Positions 19,791-30,844 of a stretch of 32,000 nt of DNA are shown here, in pieces. Both the position numbers and the translations under genes were made by a program. Origin of the DNA: Candidatus Atelocyanobacterium thalassa isolate ALOHA (GTDB lineage: Bacteria > Cyanobacteriota > Cyanobacteriia > Cyanobacteriales > Microcystaceae); contig NC_013771.1 of NCBI RefSeq assembly GCF_000025125.1, positions 750,001 to 782,000 on the forward strand. The letters are read 5' to 3'. The notes under the pieces were generated by a model. That model was not told the origin of the DNA. It saw nothing but the letters and a program-made list of their open reading frames with translations, and ran no database searches. The stretch's first letter is position 1; every line of letters begins with the position of its first letter.

Positions 19791-22148
19791 TTGAAAGATT
19801 ATATACAAGATTCATCAATTACTAACTCTCAAATACTTGAAAAGAAGCTAGATATTCTTCTGACCAACCTACGCTATGAACAGAAACAATTAGCTCATTG
19901 GAAATCTGGAAAAATGTCTGTTACAGCTGTTCCTGGAGCAGGAAAGTCTCATAGCCTCGCAACTACAGCTGCAATATTAATTGCTCGCAATAATCTAAAT
20001 ATTAATAAGCAACTGGTTATTGTTACATATACTCGATCAGCTGCCATGGCAATAGAAGCAAAAATAAAGCAACATCTTATAGATTTAGATATCTCTCAAG
20101 ATGGCTTTATGGTAAATACACTACATGGCTTAGCTTTACAAATTATCAATAATCATCCTAATTTTTCCAAATTGAATTTAACAAATTCAACTCTTATTAA
20201 TCTTACTCCTAATCATAAAATTATTGAAAACTCTATCGATAAATGGATTGACAACAATCCTTTGCACTATCAAAGTTTATTAAAAGGAGTTGTAATTAAC
20301 GAATCTAGGACTGAACAGTTACGACGCAAATCTATCTTAAGAAATGAAATTTTCCCAAGATTTGCATATAGCATTATTAGAGAAATAAAAAGTTCTGGCT
20401 TAACTTTAAAAGATTTTGAAAAAATTAATGATCGTAAACATGATAATTACCAAACTTTATTATTAGCAGTTAGTTTATATAAGCAATATAAAACAGTTAT
20501 GAAGTCTTCTAATTTTATTGATTATGATGACATGATTCATGAGGCAATAAATATTTTAGACGATTCTGATATTAGACAAGTTTGGCAACAAAAGGTTTTT
20601 GCTGTTTTTGAAGACGAAGCACAGGATTCTAGTCCCTTACAGGAAAAATTAATATCTACCCTTGCTAGTGATCATAATAATCCCACTTTTGAAGTTAATT
20701 TAGTAAAAGTTGGTGATCCTAATCAAGCAATAAATTCTACATTTACTGCCGCCGATCCAATTTACTTTAATTGGTTTTGTGAGGCATGCAAAAAAGATAA
20801 AACTCTAGTAAAAATGAATCAAGCTGGACGTAGCAACATAGATATCATAAATGCTGCTAATTTTTCTCTAAAGTGGATGAGAGATGAATGGATAAAAAAA
20901 CAAACAAATCTTAAAAATAGTTTTTCTGAGCAACAAACATTAGAAAAAAATATTCCTTTTCATGTACAAGAAATTAAATTAGTTGATAAAAATGATCCTC
21001 AAGTGAATGCTAATCCTCAATCCTCTAATCCTGGATTAGAAATTCATATTCCTCAAGATATTTATCACAGTATTAAATTAATACGTCAAAAAATCATCAC
21101 AATTTTGCGTAAAAACCGGAATCAAAGCATAGCAATTTTAGTTAGGGAAAATACGCAGAGCCATTTCTTGGCCCAAAATTTAAAAGATTTTCCTGAAAAA
21201 TATAAAATTTCAATTTATGAAGTAGGAAAACAAAATCAGTTTTCTCAAATACCAAAAGATATCTTGACTTTACTAAAGTTCATGGATCGTCCACATTCTC
21301 TTAGCTATTTGAAAAACTCTTTAAAAATTTTAGAAAAACAAAATTTAATAATAAAACAAGATTGGAATAAAATAATAATGAATCCTGAAGATTTTTTATA
21401 TTCTACCTCTCTTCTTTCCGAACCTGAGAAATCAGTTATACAAGCTCGTAATTATTGTCGTAGTTTACTTAAAGCGAAGCTAGAACTTCCTAGTTATTAT
21501 CTTATTGCATTTTTAGGGACAATTCTAAAATATGAAAGCATGGAATTGGCGAGCGTTCAAAAATTGTCTGACACAATATATGACGAACTAAATGGAACAA
21601 TAACTTTGAAAAATATCATTGATGTTTTAAAAAAGATTATTGATCTAGAACAATTTGAAGAAATTACAGAGGATAATGAACAACCATATGTTAGACCTAA
21701 TCAAGTAACTATTATGACTATGCATAAGTCAAAAGGTTTAGATTGGAATTATGTTTTTTTACCGTTTCTTCATGAAGATATTTTATCTGGTGAAATTAAA
21801 ATTTCTGCTACTTCAAAATTTTTAGGAAATTTTTCTTTAGCAGAAATAGCTCGTACTCAAATTCGAGCTTTATCTCATGAAAAATATTTAAGCTATGAAA
21901 ATAATATTTGCACAAATGAAATAAAACAAGTATGGGAACAATCAAAATTATTAAAAAAAGCAGAAGAATATAGATTAATCTATGTTGCGATAACTCGTGC
22001 AAAAAATCTTTTATGGATGTCTGCAGCACAAAAAGGACCTTCATACTGGAGAAATATCAAGGAAAAAGTTTTTTTACAAAATAAAGCTCCATGCTTAATT
22101 TTTTCAGCATTAATGAATAAATTTCCACATCTTGTAGTTAGACATTGA
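19791..22148 (+). CDS. Superfamily 1 UvrD/REP-like ATP-dependent DNA helicase
   Basis: Walker A VPGAGKSH, Walker B/motif II FEDEAQDSSPLQ, VGDPNQAI, motif V/VI-like MTMHKSKGLDWNYVFLP and YVAITRAKNLLWMS. TTG start inferred (see findings). Confidence 0.8.
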   Translation: MKDYIQDSSITNSQILEKKLDILLTNLRYEQKQLAHWKSGKMSVTAVPGAGKSHSLATTAAILIARNNLNINKQLVIVTYTRSAAMAIEAKIKQHLIDLDISQDGFMVNTLHGLALQIINNHPNFSKLNLTNSTLINLTPNHKIIENSIDKWIDNNPLHYQSLLKGVVINESRTEQLRRKSILRNEIFPRFAYSIIREIKSSGLTLKDFEKINDRKHDNYQTLLLAVSLYKQYKTVMKSSNFIDYDDMIHEAINILDDSDIRQVWQQKVFAVFEDEAQDSSPLQEKLISTLASDHNNPTFEVNLVKVGDPNQAINSTFTAADPIYFNWFCEACKKDKTLVKMNQAGRSNIDIINAANFSLKWMRDEWIKKQTNLKNSFSEQQTLEKNIPFHVQEIKLVDKNDPQVNANPQSSNPGLEIHIPQDIYHSIKLIRQKIITILRKNRNQSIAILVRENTQSHFLAQNLKDFPEKYKISIYEVGKQNQFSQIPKDILTLLKFMDRPHSLSYLKNSLKILEKQNLIIKQDWNKIIMNPEDFLYSTSLLSEPEKSVIQARNYCRSLLKAKLELPSYYLIAFLGTILKYESMELASVQKLSDTIYDELNGTITLKNIIDVLKKIIDLEQFEEITEDNEQPYVRPNQVTIMTMHKSKGLDWNYVFLPFLHEDILSGEIKISATSKFLGNFSLAEIARTQIRALSHEKYLSYENNICTNEIKQVWEQSKLLKKAEEYRLIYVAITRAKNLLWMSAAQKGPSYWRNIKEKVFLQNKAPCLIFSALMNKFPHLVVRH

Positions 22149-22341
22149 AAATAACTAAGCTATCAAAAGATAATAAACTCATAGGGAAAAATTAATTTTA
22201 CTAGTTGAATAAAGATATCTTTATTTAGTTTCTACAATATATTTAATTGAAAGATTCATAAATGCATTTAATTAACAATTTAAATATTTGCACTTAAACT
22301 TACAATATTATGAAAGTCTTTTTAACTAGATATATTAAAAG

Positions 22342-23667
<1,326 letters not shown>

Positions 23668-23735
23668 TTAAATATAAACAACTAATTATCATATTGGTTG
23701 ATAAATAATGATTTTACTACCATTTGTATAATTCT

Positions 23736-24980
23736 TTATTTTTTAGATAGAATAGGTTGTTTCCCTAGTAAGCCTGTCATTAATCGTAAAATATTCTTTT
23801 TAAGAAAGGGTATGTGATTAATTATTATTAAGCCAAAGCGGCGAATTAATACTAAAAGAAAATAATTATTAGAAAACAAACGGTCTAGAAAGTCAGTAAA
23901 ACCTAGAATTATCCAATTTTCTCTTCTTCTCCAAGTTTCATATTTTTTCAACAATCTTTGACTGCCTATATCTTCGCCTTTTTGCCAAGCTCTTTCTAAA
24001 GTTTCTGCTAAAATTGCCACATCTCTTATGCCTAAATTTAAGCCTTGTCCTCCAACAGGATGGCAGCAATGAGCAGCGTCTCCAACCAGTGCTAAGCGAG
24101 ATTGAATATAATTCTTACTTTGCATTAACTGAACAGGAAATAAAGATCGACTATTTATTAGAGTAACCGGGCCTAAAAACTCGGGAATATGTTTTTGTAG
24201 TTGTGCTAAAAATTGTTTATCTTCTAAGTCGTGAAAAGACTTTGCTTGAGCATGCGGAAGAGTCCAAACAATTTGGCATCGATTATTTGGTAGAGGTAAA
24301 ATAGCTAAAGGTCCAGTGCAACGAAACCTTTCAAAGGCTATATCATTGCGAGAAGCTTGATGTTTAATAATAAATGTAAGGCATGATTGCCAGTATTTCC
24401 AACCCTGAGTCTTAATTTTTGCAGATGAGCGAACAAAGGAAAGTGGTCCATCAGCACCAACTACTAGTTTAGTATGTAGTTTATATGCAATACCTTCTTT
24501 TTCTATACTTAATACAGATTTTGATTCTTCAGTATCTAATTTTATAACTTTAGCAGGAGATAAAAATTGAATATTAGGATATTGTGTAGTTTCGCTTTGT
24601 AAAATATTTAAAATTGCTTTATGTTCACCTACATATCCTAGATAATCTGTTTTTAAGTCAGTAGATTTAAATTGTACTGTTTTTGAGAAATCAGCATCTG
24701 AAAGAAAGATGTAACGAAACTTACTGATTTCAGGCAATATTTTTGACCAAACACCAATACCATTAAAAATCCTACCAGAAAGTAGAGAAAGAGCGTAAGC
24801 TCTTTCTCTACAAGCAACTTCCTCTAAAGTTTGTGATTCAATAATCTTAATTCTTAATCCTGACTCTTTAAGAGCTAATGCTAAAGTTGTACCTGCAATA
24901 CCTCCTCCAACTATAGCAAGATCGCATTCTAAATAACTAGTAGAATCTAATTGATTTAATGTTGCTGATTGTAAAGTCAT
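23736..24980 (-). CDS. ubiH: UbiH/UbiF/Coq6-family FAD-dependent aromatic-ring hydroxylase (quinone biosynthesis)
   Basis: DLAIVGGGIAGTTLALAL (GxGxxG), VGADG, LVGDAAHCCHPVGGQGLNLGIRDV. I place the start at the ATG at 24980 (MTLQSATL...). The ORF track extends to a TTG at 24998. Confidence 0.85.
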   Translation of the reverse strand: MTLQSATLNQLDSTSYLECDLAIVGGGIAGTTLALALKESGLRIKIIESQTLEEVACRERAYALSLLSGRIFNGIGVWSKILPEISKFRYIFLSDADFSKTVQFKSTDLKTDYLGYVGEHKAILNILQSETTQYPNIQFLSPAKVIKLDTEESKSVLSIEKEGIAYKLHTKLVVGADGPLSFVRSSAKIKTQGWKYWQSCLTFIIKHQASRNDIAFERFRCTGPLAILPLPNNRCQIVWTLPHAQAKSFHDLEDKQFLAQLQKHIPEFLGPVTLINSRSLFPVQLMQSKNYIQSRLALVGDAAHCCHPVGGQGLNLGIRDVAILAETLERAWQKGEDIGSQRLLKKYETWRRRENWIILGFTDFLDRLFSNNYFLLVLIRRFGLIIINHIPFLKKNILRLMTGLLGKQPILSKK

Positions 24981-25176
24981 ACTAAATATATTTTGCAAAA
25001 AATAATAGTAAGTGTCTACTATTTATTTTGACCTGAGTTTTGACAAGGCGCAAGAGAAAAAACCTACTTAATTTTATTAAGACTAACAAACTACAAACCA
25101 AAGTTATTCTTAAAAAATATTTTTTTGTATTTCAATTACTAAATAGATAATTTGATAAAGCACAATAGCTAATACA

Positions 25177-27831
25177 TTACGCTAGTAATAGTGTTTGTCT
25201 ATGAACTTTTAGTAAACTAAATTTCTTTTTTGATATTTTTTCTAAAATTAGCATAATATCTTTAGGAGATAAAATAACTCCATTATTTTGACAGTTACTA
25301 ATAAACGATAAGACAACTATTTTATTTTCATAAAAATCTAGCTTTAAAGAAATAATTTGACTTCTTAGATTAATAATCTTTACATTCCCTGACTTTGTTA
25401 CTTTTTCCCAATTAATTTCTTGTTTTATTAAAATACTATCAATCCAGTTTTGCCAATTATTTTTTGATATTACATGCTTTGATTCAACTTTAATTAAATA
25501 TTCTGACCCTTTTAGTAACTGAGTTGTTGATTTAGAACTAATGTTTACTTCTTCAACACTATAAAGTGGTAAATTTTTAGGCAAACTATTTTGCAAGATA
25601 TAGCGAAAAGTATTAATGTTTAGTATCTCAGTTAGTTCAAAATCTATAATTTCCCCATTGCTTGTCACACCTAAAGTAAGTGCATTAGCGATAGAAAACC
25701 TAGGTCCAGGATGGTATCCTCCAGTAAAAGATATAGGTAAAGATGTACGTCTTAAGACTCTGTCAAATAAACGAATTAAATCAAGATGACTCAGTAAAGA
25801 TATTTCATTTATTTTTCCAAAATAGACACGAAATCTTTGGACTTTAATATTATTGACTTGACCATAACCGTTAAACTTAGGGATAGGTGGGGGAGGAACT
25901 ACAATATTATGACCGAAATCTAAACCACATACCCCACAATGAGAACATTTATCAAAAGCGCAATCAGGAATCAAAACTTCTTCTAATGCTCGTTTTAAAT
26001 CTTCCCATAACCATTTTTTGCTAATACCAGTATTTATATGGTCCCATGGTAAAGGTGCACTATATACTTTATCCTGGTATTGTTTGGTTATATTTTGAAC
26101 TTTACTAAATGTGTTCCATTCTCCTTCTTCTATGCGGCGATATTCCCAACCTAGTTTTGATTCTTGAATAGATTTTTCCCATGCTGAATAGGCTTTTTCT
26201 GCATTTTCCCACCATGAATCCATTCCAGCTCCTAACTCCCAGGCACGCTTGATAATTTTAGATAATCTTCTATCACCTCTACCAATAAAATCTTCCATTC
26301 TTGAAATTCTTAAGTCAGTATAATTAACTTTGATACCTTTTTGAGATTTAAAGGCTTCTTTTAATAAATCTTGTTTTTCTTTAAATTCTAAATTGGATAC
26401 TGAGTGCCATTGAAAAGGAGTATGTGGTTTGGGCGTAAAATTAGATATAGTAATTGAAAAATTTAATGGTTTTCCCTCTTTCTTGTGACATTCTTGGCGT
26501 AACCATTGAACAGTTTCCACAATACCAAGAACATCTTGAACTGTTTCTCCTGGTAGACCAATCATAAAATAGAGTTTGATTTTATCCCACCCTTCTTCAA
26601 CTGCTGTACTTATTCCTCGCAAAAGTTCTTCGTTCGTCAAACCTTTATTGATTACGTCACGCATTCTTTGAGTTCCTGCTTCAGGAGCAAAAGTTAGTCC
26701 AGATTTACGATTTCCACCAATAATATTAGCAATATTACTGTCGAATCTATCTACTCTCTGACTAGGAAGAGATAAAGTGATGTTATATTCTTGAAGACGA
26801 TTTTTAATTTCTATACCAACACTCGGGAGAGCTAAATAATCCGAACAACTTAAAGATAATAATGAAAACTCATTATAACCAGTTTCTTTAATTCCTCGCT
26901 CAATGGTCTCAATAATTTCTTTTGGCTCGACGTCTCTTGCCGGACGAGTCAACATTCCTGGTTGACAAAATCGGCATCCACGGGTGCACCCACGCCTTAT
27001 TTCTACTACTAAACGATCATGAATAGTTTCAATAAAGGGTACTAAGCCTACACCAAAAGAAGGCATGGGAGGGGCTACACGACGTAATATTTTTGGATAA
27101 ATATCCAATCGATTGGGTATAACTTGACCAGTTTTTTTAACGTCATAAAAGCGAGGGACATACACGCCTGGTATTTTAGCTAAGTCTAATAACAATTCTT
27201 GTTTACTTAATAAATTAGCTTTTCCTTTTTTAACAACTAAACCTATTTCTGGTAACAGCTCTTCTCCATCTCCTAAAGCTAGAAAATCAAAAAAATCAGC
27301 GAAAGGTTCAGGGTTAGAAGTAGCAGTTTGTCCTCCAGCAAAAATTAAAGGATAATCCCAATTTTTTTGAAAGTTATGTAAATTATTATTTTGTGAATTG
27401 TTACTTGAGCTTTTCAGTGAAAATTCTCTTTCTTGCCAGGTTAGAGGAATTCCAGACAAGTCAAGCATCTCTAAAATATTTGTTATTCCAAGTTCATAAC
27501 TAAGGTTAAAACCGAGAATATCGAATTCTATAAGTGGATGGCGAGATTCTAAACCAAACAGTAGAGTATTGGTTTTTCTTAATCTTGTTGCCAGATCCGA
27601 AGCAGGTAAATAAGCACGATCACATAATTGACCAGCTTGGGTGTTTAAGATATTGTATAGAATAATGTGGCCTAAATTAGAAGCTCCTAATTCGTAAACT
27701 TCTGGGTAAGTTAATACCCAGTGAACATCTGCATTATTCCAAGATTTATGCTTAGCGCCTACTTCATTGCCAAGATAGCGAGCTGGTTTAGCAATATTTG
27801 AAGTGATGAGTTCTTCAATATCAATTATCAT
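25177..27831 (-). CDS. Fused radical-SAM protein: N-terminal B12-binding-like/radical-SAM core plus C-terminal DUF2344-type (radical-SAM-linked) domain; function unknown
   Basis: CxxxCxxC cluster in EIRRGCTRGCRFCQPG. N-terminus ARYLGNEVG...LTYPEVYELGASNLGHIILY is typical of the TIGR03960-like family. C-terminal FRVYFGK...LSHLDLIRLFDRVLRRTSLPISFTGGYHPGPRFSIANAL is typical of TIGR03936/DUF2344. 884 aa, the largest ORF in the window. Confidence 0.85.
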   Translation of the reverse strand: MIIDIEELITSNIAKPARYLGNEVGAKHKSWNNADVHWVLTYPEVYELGASNLGHIILYNILNTQAGQLCDRAYLPASDLATRLRKTNTLLFGLESRHPLIEFDILGFNLSYELGITNILEMLDLSGIPLTWQEREFSLKSSSNNSQNNNLHNFQKNWDYPLIFAGGQTATSNPEPFADFFDFLALGDGEELLPEIGLVVKKGKANLLSKQELLLDLAKIPGVYVPRFYDVKKTGQVIPNRLDIYPKILRRVAPPMPSFGVGLVPFIETIHDRLVVEIRRGCTRGCRFCQPGMLTRPARDVEPKEIIETIERGIKETGYNEFSLLSLSCSDYLALPSVGIEIKNRLQEYNITLSLPSQRVDRFDSNIANIIGGNRKSGLTFAPEAGTQRMRDVINKGLTNEELLRGISTAVEEGWDKIKLYFMIGLPGETVQDVLGIVETVQWLRQECHKKEGKPLNFSITISNFTPKPHTPFQWHSVSNLEFKEKQDLLKEAFKSQKGIKVNYTDLRISRMEDFIGRGDRRLSKIIKRAWELGAGMDSWWENAEKAYSAWEKSIQESKLGWEYRRIEEGEWNTFSKVQNITKQYQDKVYSAPLPWDHINTGISKKWLWEDLKRALEEVLIPDCAFDKCSHCGVCGLDFGHNIVVPPPPIPKFNGYGQVNNIKVQRFRVYFGKINEISLLSHLDLIRLFDRVLRRTSLPISFTGGYHPGPRFSIANALTLGVTSNGEIIDFELTEILNINTFRYILQNSLPKNLPLYSVEEVNISSKSTTQLLKGSEYLIKVESKHVISKNNWQNWIDSILIKQEINWEKVTKSGNVKIINLRSQIISLKLDFYENKIVVLSFISNCQNNGVILSPKDIMLILEKISKKKFSLLKVHRQTLLLA

Positions 27832-27931
27832 AAGTAGGTTCCCAATATTCTTTTTTGATATTCCTTAGTTTCTTAAACACATTGAAAGTATAAATAGATT
27901 AGCTAAAAGATATAAAATATTGTCTTGATAT

Positions 27932-28291
27932 CTAAATAGTTAATGTTTCATTATTGCTTGTTTCGTATATGTATGATTGACGATCATTATAAATTTCCAA
28001 TGCTTGATCTAATTGAGTCAACTCAAATATAATACGTACTGAAGGAGATAAAGAGCAAACACTCAATTTTTTATTAAAACTTTGAGCAAGCCGACAAGCT
28101 GATACCATAGCTATTAATCCTGTGCTATCTATAAATTCAACTTGTTCCATATCGACTAAAAACTTTTTACAAGAATTATTTTTTATAAAACTGTTTAATT
28201 CTTTTTGGAAATCACTGACATTGTTAGAAGTAATATAACCATTAGGTTCAAAAACTGCTGTTCCGAAATAAATTAGGTGATTTCCTATCAT
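27932..28291 (-). CDS. STAS-domain anti-sigma-factor antagonist (SpoIIAA/RsbV-like)
   Basis: 119 aa. LVDMEQVEFIDSTGLIAMV contains the conserved DS(T)G phosphorylatable-serine motif. C-terminal VRIIFELTQLDQALEIY is typical of STAS. Confidence 0.8.
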   Translation of the reverse strand: MIGNHLIYFGTAVFEPNGYITSNNVSDFQKELNSFIKNNSCKKFLVDMEQVEFIDSTGLIAMVSACRLAQSFNKKLSVCSLSPSVRIIFELTQLDQALEIYNDRQSYIYETSNNETLTI

Positions 28292-28773
28292 TGATATTTT
28301 TCCTCAAATTTAAAATTTATTTTTATTGTATTTTTTAAAAAATAAACTATTAGTTATAGTTTTTAATATTATTTTCTCGACCAGATATTTTCTATTTAAT
28401 ATAACTAACTTTTATGTCTTAAAAACAGATATTAATGAAAATTTTTTCTACAAGTTTCTTAAAAGTACTATATCTATGGAAGTCAGTCTAGCATCATATA
28501 GATTGTTTGTCATAAAAAATAATTTTCTTGTTATTTTCTTTAAGAAAAGAATAAGCCTTGATCTCTCATATTAAGCTTTAAAAAGAAATTGATTTTAAAA
28601 AATAGTTCATGTTGTTCAATATTAGAAAATTAAACTTTTGTGACGATTATCAGCCTAGATAATTATACAAAATATTTATTTAGGTATTAAAAGCATAGAT
28701 ATATCTTAAACATTCGAAAATTAATAAAACTAATTTTAGTATTATCTTAAATAAAAAAAATTATTCCATATGA

Positions 28774-29322
28774 TTATTTTAATGATTTTATATATTTTTT
28801 GTGTATAGTTTTCAATATTTTCTTAATTCGTAAATCTAATGAGAATCCTCTTTGAGACTGGATCAAGATAGTATGGCCAACCATGTCATGCAATGTTTGG
28901 CTATGATGTTTTTGATTGCCCAACACTATACTAAAATCCACGACTACAGGAGTTGTTAAAAGTAACATCGAAAGTCCATTATCAAAATTAATCTTGAGAC
29001 CTAACATAGCCAGCAAGGCTAAAAATCCTAGAGTAGCTTCACGTTTAAGCATCTCATTCAATTGAGGAATACGCCTAGTTCGAATACTTATAATTTTTAA
29101 ATCAAATGCCCAACAACCTAAGCTTTGCCCTTTATTTTTATTAACTATAATTACCTGTAATATTAACCATGTAAAAGAAAAAACAATATTTTGAGTAATT
29201 CCTTTAAAGAAAGAGCTTAAAAACCATATCGTAATAAAATCTAGTAAGAATGCATATATTCGACGATCAAACGGTGCTTGTATAAAATTGTTATGTACTA
29301 ATGATGAATGCTTGGAAGACAT
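28774..29322 (-). CDS. RDD-family integral membrane protein
   Basis: APFDRRIYAFLLDFI (first R and D of the RDD signature), KGQSLGCWAFDLKII, and LHDMVGHTILI near the C-terminus. 3-4 hydrophobic segments. Confidence 0.7.
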   Translation of the reverse strand: MSSKHSSLVHNNFIQAPFDRRIYAFLLDFITIWFLSSFFKGITQNIVFSFTWLILQVIIVNKNKGQSLGCWAFDLKIISIRTRRIPQLNEMLKREATLGFLALLAMLGLKINFDNGLSMLLLTTPVVVDFSIVLGNQKHHSQTLHDMVGHTILIQSQRGFSLDLRIKKILKTIHKKYIKSLK

Positions 29323-29521
29323 ATAATTGACTATAAATTAATATTGACTTTATTTTTAATAAGCACTTTATTGTATCTAAATTAATAAATATCTTTTGAA
29401 AAGACTTAATTTCTTATTCTGTACCATTTTTAATAAATTAATAATCACCTATGGATATATGTTATGCATAAAAAATCGCGAAGAATTAATCTAATACATT
29501 TTAAGTTAAAAGAAACTAACT

Positions 29522-30007
29522 TTAATGAGATAAATCATTAGATGATTTTGGAAAAATATTCGCGCTAAATAACAAAATAATACCAAAATTAATTGAAATA
29601 TCAGCTAAGTTAAATATTGGAAAATTAATTAAACGAAAGTCTAAGAAATCTACTACATAGCCAAAAAAAAATCTATCAATTCCATTACCAAGGGCTCCTG
29701 CTAATATAAAGCCATATCCTAGTTGCTCAAATATTTCCATTCTCTCCCCTAATATAAATAGTCCTATTAGTCCTATACTAACTCCTAAAGAAATCCAACG
29801 TAACCATACTACTCCTCCTTCAAAAAAGCTAAAAGCAGTTCCGGTATTTACTACATAAGTAAAATGAAAAATTTTAGGCAATAAAGGAATTGTATCTCCA
29901 ATCTGAGTAAATGATTTTGTTATCCAATATTTACTAAGCTGATCTAGTAATAAATTACTAATACTTATTAACCAAAACCACATGTTTTTTTTTACAATGT
30001 TATTCAT
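29522..30007 (-). CDS. lspA: Lipoprotein signal peptidase (signal peptidase II)
   Basis: DQLSKYWI, VVNTGTAFSF, GNGIDRFFFGYVVDFLDF, FNLADISI. Starts 5 nt after the bioY stop, so probably an operon. Confidence 0.9.
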   Translation of the reverse strand: MNNIVKKNMWFWLISISNLLLDQLSKYWITKSFTQIGDTIPLLPKIFHFTYVVNTGTAFSFFEGGVVWLRWISLGVSIGLIGLFILGERMEIFEQLGYGFILAGALGNGIDRFFFGYVVDFLDFRLINFPIFNLADISINFGIILLFSANIFPKSSNDLSH

Positions 30008-30012
30008 TTAAA

Positions 30013-30588
30013 CTAGTCGAATAAAATATTACGTAAGATAAAGGCAACGAAAGCTGTAGTACAAGCTAAGATTAATTGTGAAAAAATAGGATAAATAGAA
30101 TAATTCACTACAAGATTTAAGAAGTCTGTTATTGATAAAGTTAAGGAATTTAGCATCCAAAAACTAAATAAATAGATTAAGCCAAAGGTATGTATCATAA
30201 GCAAACCACTTACTGTGCTTATGAGTAAAATCTCTAATTTGGTTTTATACTTAAAAGAAAGCCATCCACATAACCAAGCTCCAGGAGCAAATCCTAAAAT
30301 ATAACCAAAACTAGGTTGCCCAATATATTGGAGTCCTCCTCCATTGATAAAAATTGGATATACAAAAAGACCTAGCAATAGGTAAGCAAATTGTGATAGA
30401 AATCCTGCATTTTTTCCTCCTATACATCCTGTTAATAAAACAGCTCCTATTTGGAACGTTATACCTAAGGACATGTGACTAAAATCTGCTTCTGGAAAAT
30501 TTAGGGCTATATTTGCTTCAACGAAAACGCTAAAAATTGTTAATAATAATCCAATTATAGTCCAGAGTAACTCATTGACAAAAAGCAC
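30013..30588 (-). CDS. bioY: Biotin transporter BioY (ECF S-component-like)
   Basis: Six hydrophobic segments. ITFQIGAVLLTGCIGG, GGGLQYIGQPSFGYILGFAPGAW resemble BioY conserved blocks. GTG start at 30588. Confidence 0.8.
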   Translation of the reverse strand: MLFVNELLWTIIGLLLTIFSVFVEANIALNFPEADFSHMSLGITFQIGAVLLTGCIGGKNAGFLSQFAYLLLGLFVYPIFINGGGLQYIGQPSFGYILGFAPGAWLCGWLSFKYKTKLEILLISTVSGLLMIHTFGLIYLFSFWMLNSLTLSITDFLNLVVNYSIYPIFSQLILACTTAFVAFILRNILFD

Positions 30589-30844
30589 AGTTAATACATA
30601 ATATTCGTATATTTTGATAATTCTATATCCTTACGTATGTAATTTACAAATAATTTAGAATTGTTTGTAATGAGTCCATAAAAAAATAATTTTGAAAAAT
30701 ATATAAATCATTTACTTGGTAAATCAATATTTTTTTGAAATATTGACTAAATCAACTGTGCGTAATGGTTTTTAAATTTTTTATTATGGTTATTTTGGTA
30801 ATACGATAGAATGTAATGATTACTTATTCTTAATCATAGATTCA

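Noticed and set aside
22208-22225. Perfect 18-bp palindrome AATAAAGATATCTTTATT between the helicase and eno. A 16-bp palindrome AGATTGATATCAATCT (31549-31564) lies between def and trpS. Both are centred on GATATC in convergent spacers.
   Set aside because: My rough expectation for perfect 16-18 bp palindromes in 32 kb of this composition is about 0.5-1.5, and GATATC itself should occur about 10 times. The flanks of the two palindromes are unrelated. This is consistent with chance, or at most weak terminators.
28326-28574. 82-aa TTG-initiated ORF (MYFLKNKLLVIVFNIIF...).
   Set aside because: Composition is what translating AT-only spacer gives (F/I/L/K/N/Y). It has no RBS and no ATG start, and its length is about what chance allows in this base composition. 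Kept only as part of the spacer finding.
30644-30670. TTACAAA N13 TTTGTAA inverted repeat upstream of bioY as a BirA operator.
   Set aside because: It is only 7 bp per arm in AT-rich DNA. The half-sites do not match the TGTAAAC-type bioO consensus. Cyanobacterial BirA generally lacks the DNA-binding domain.
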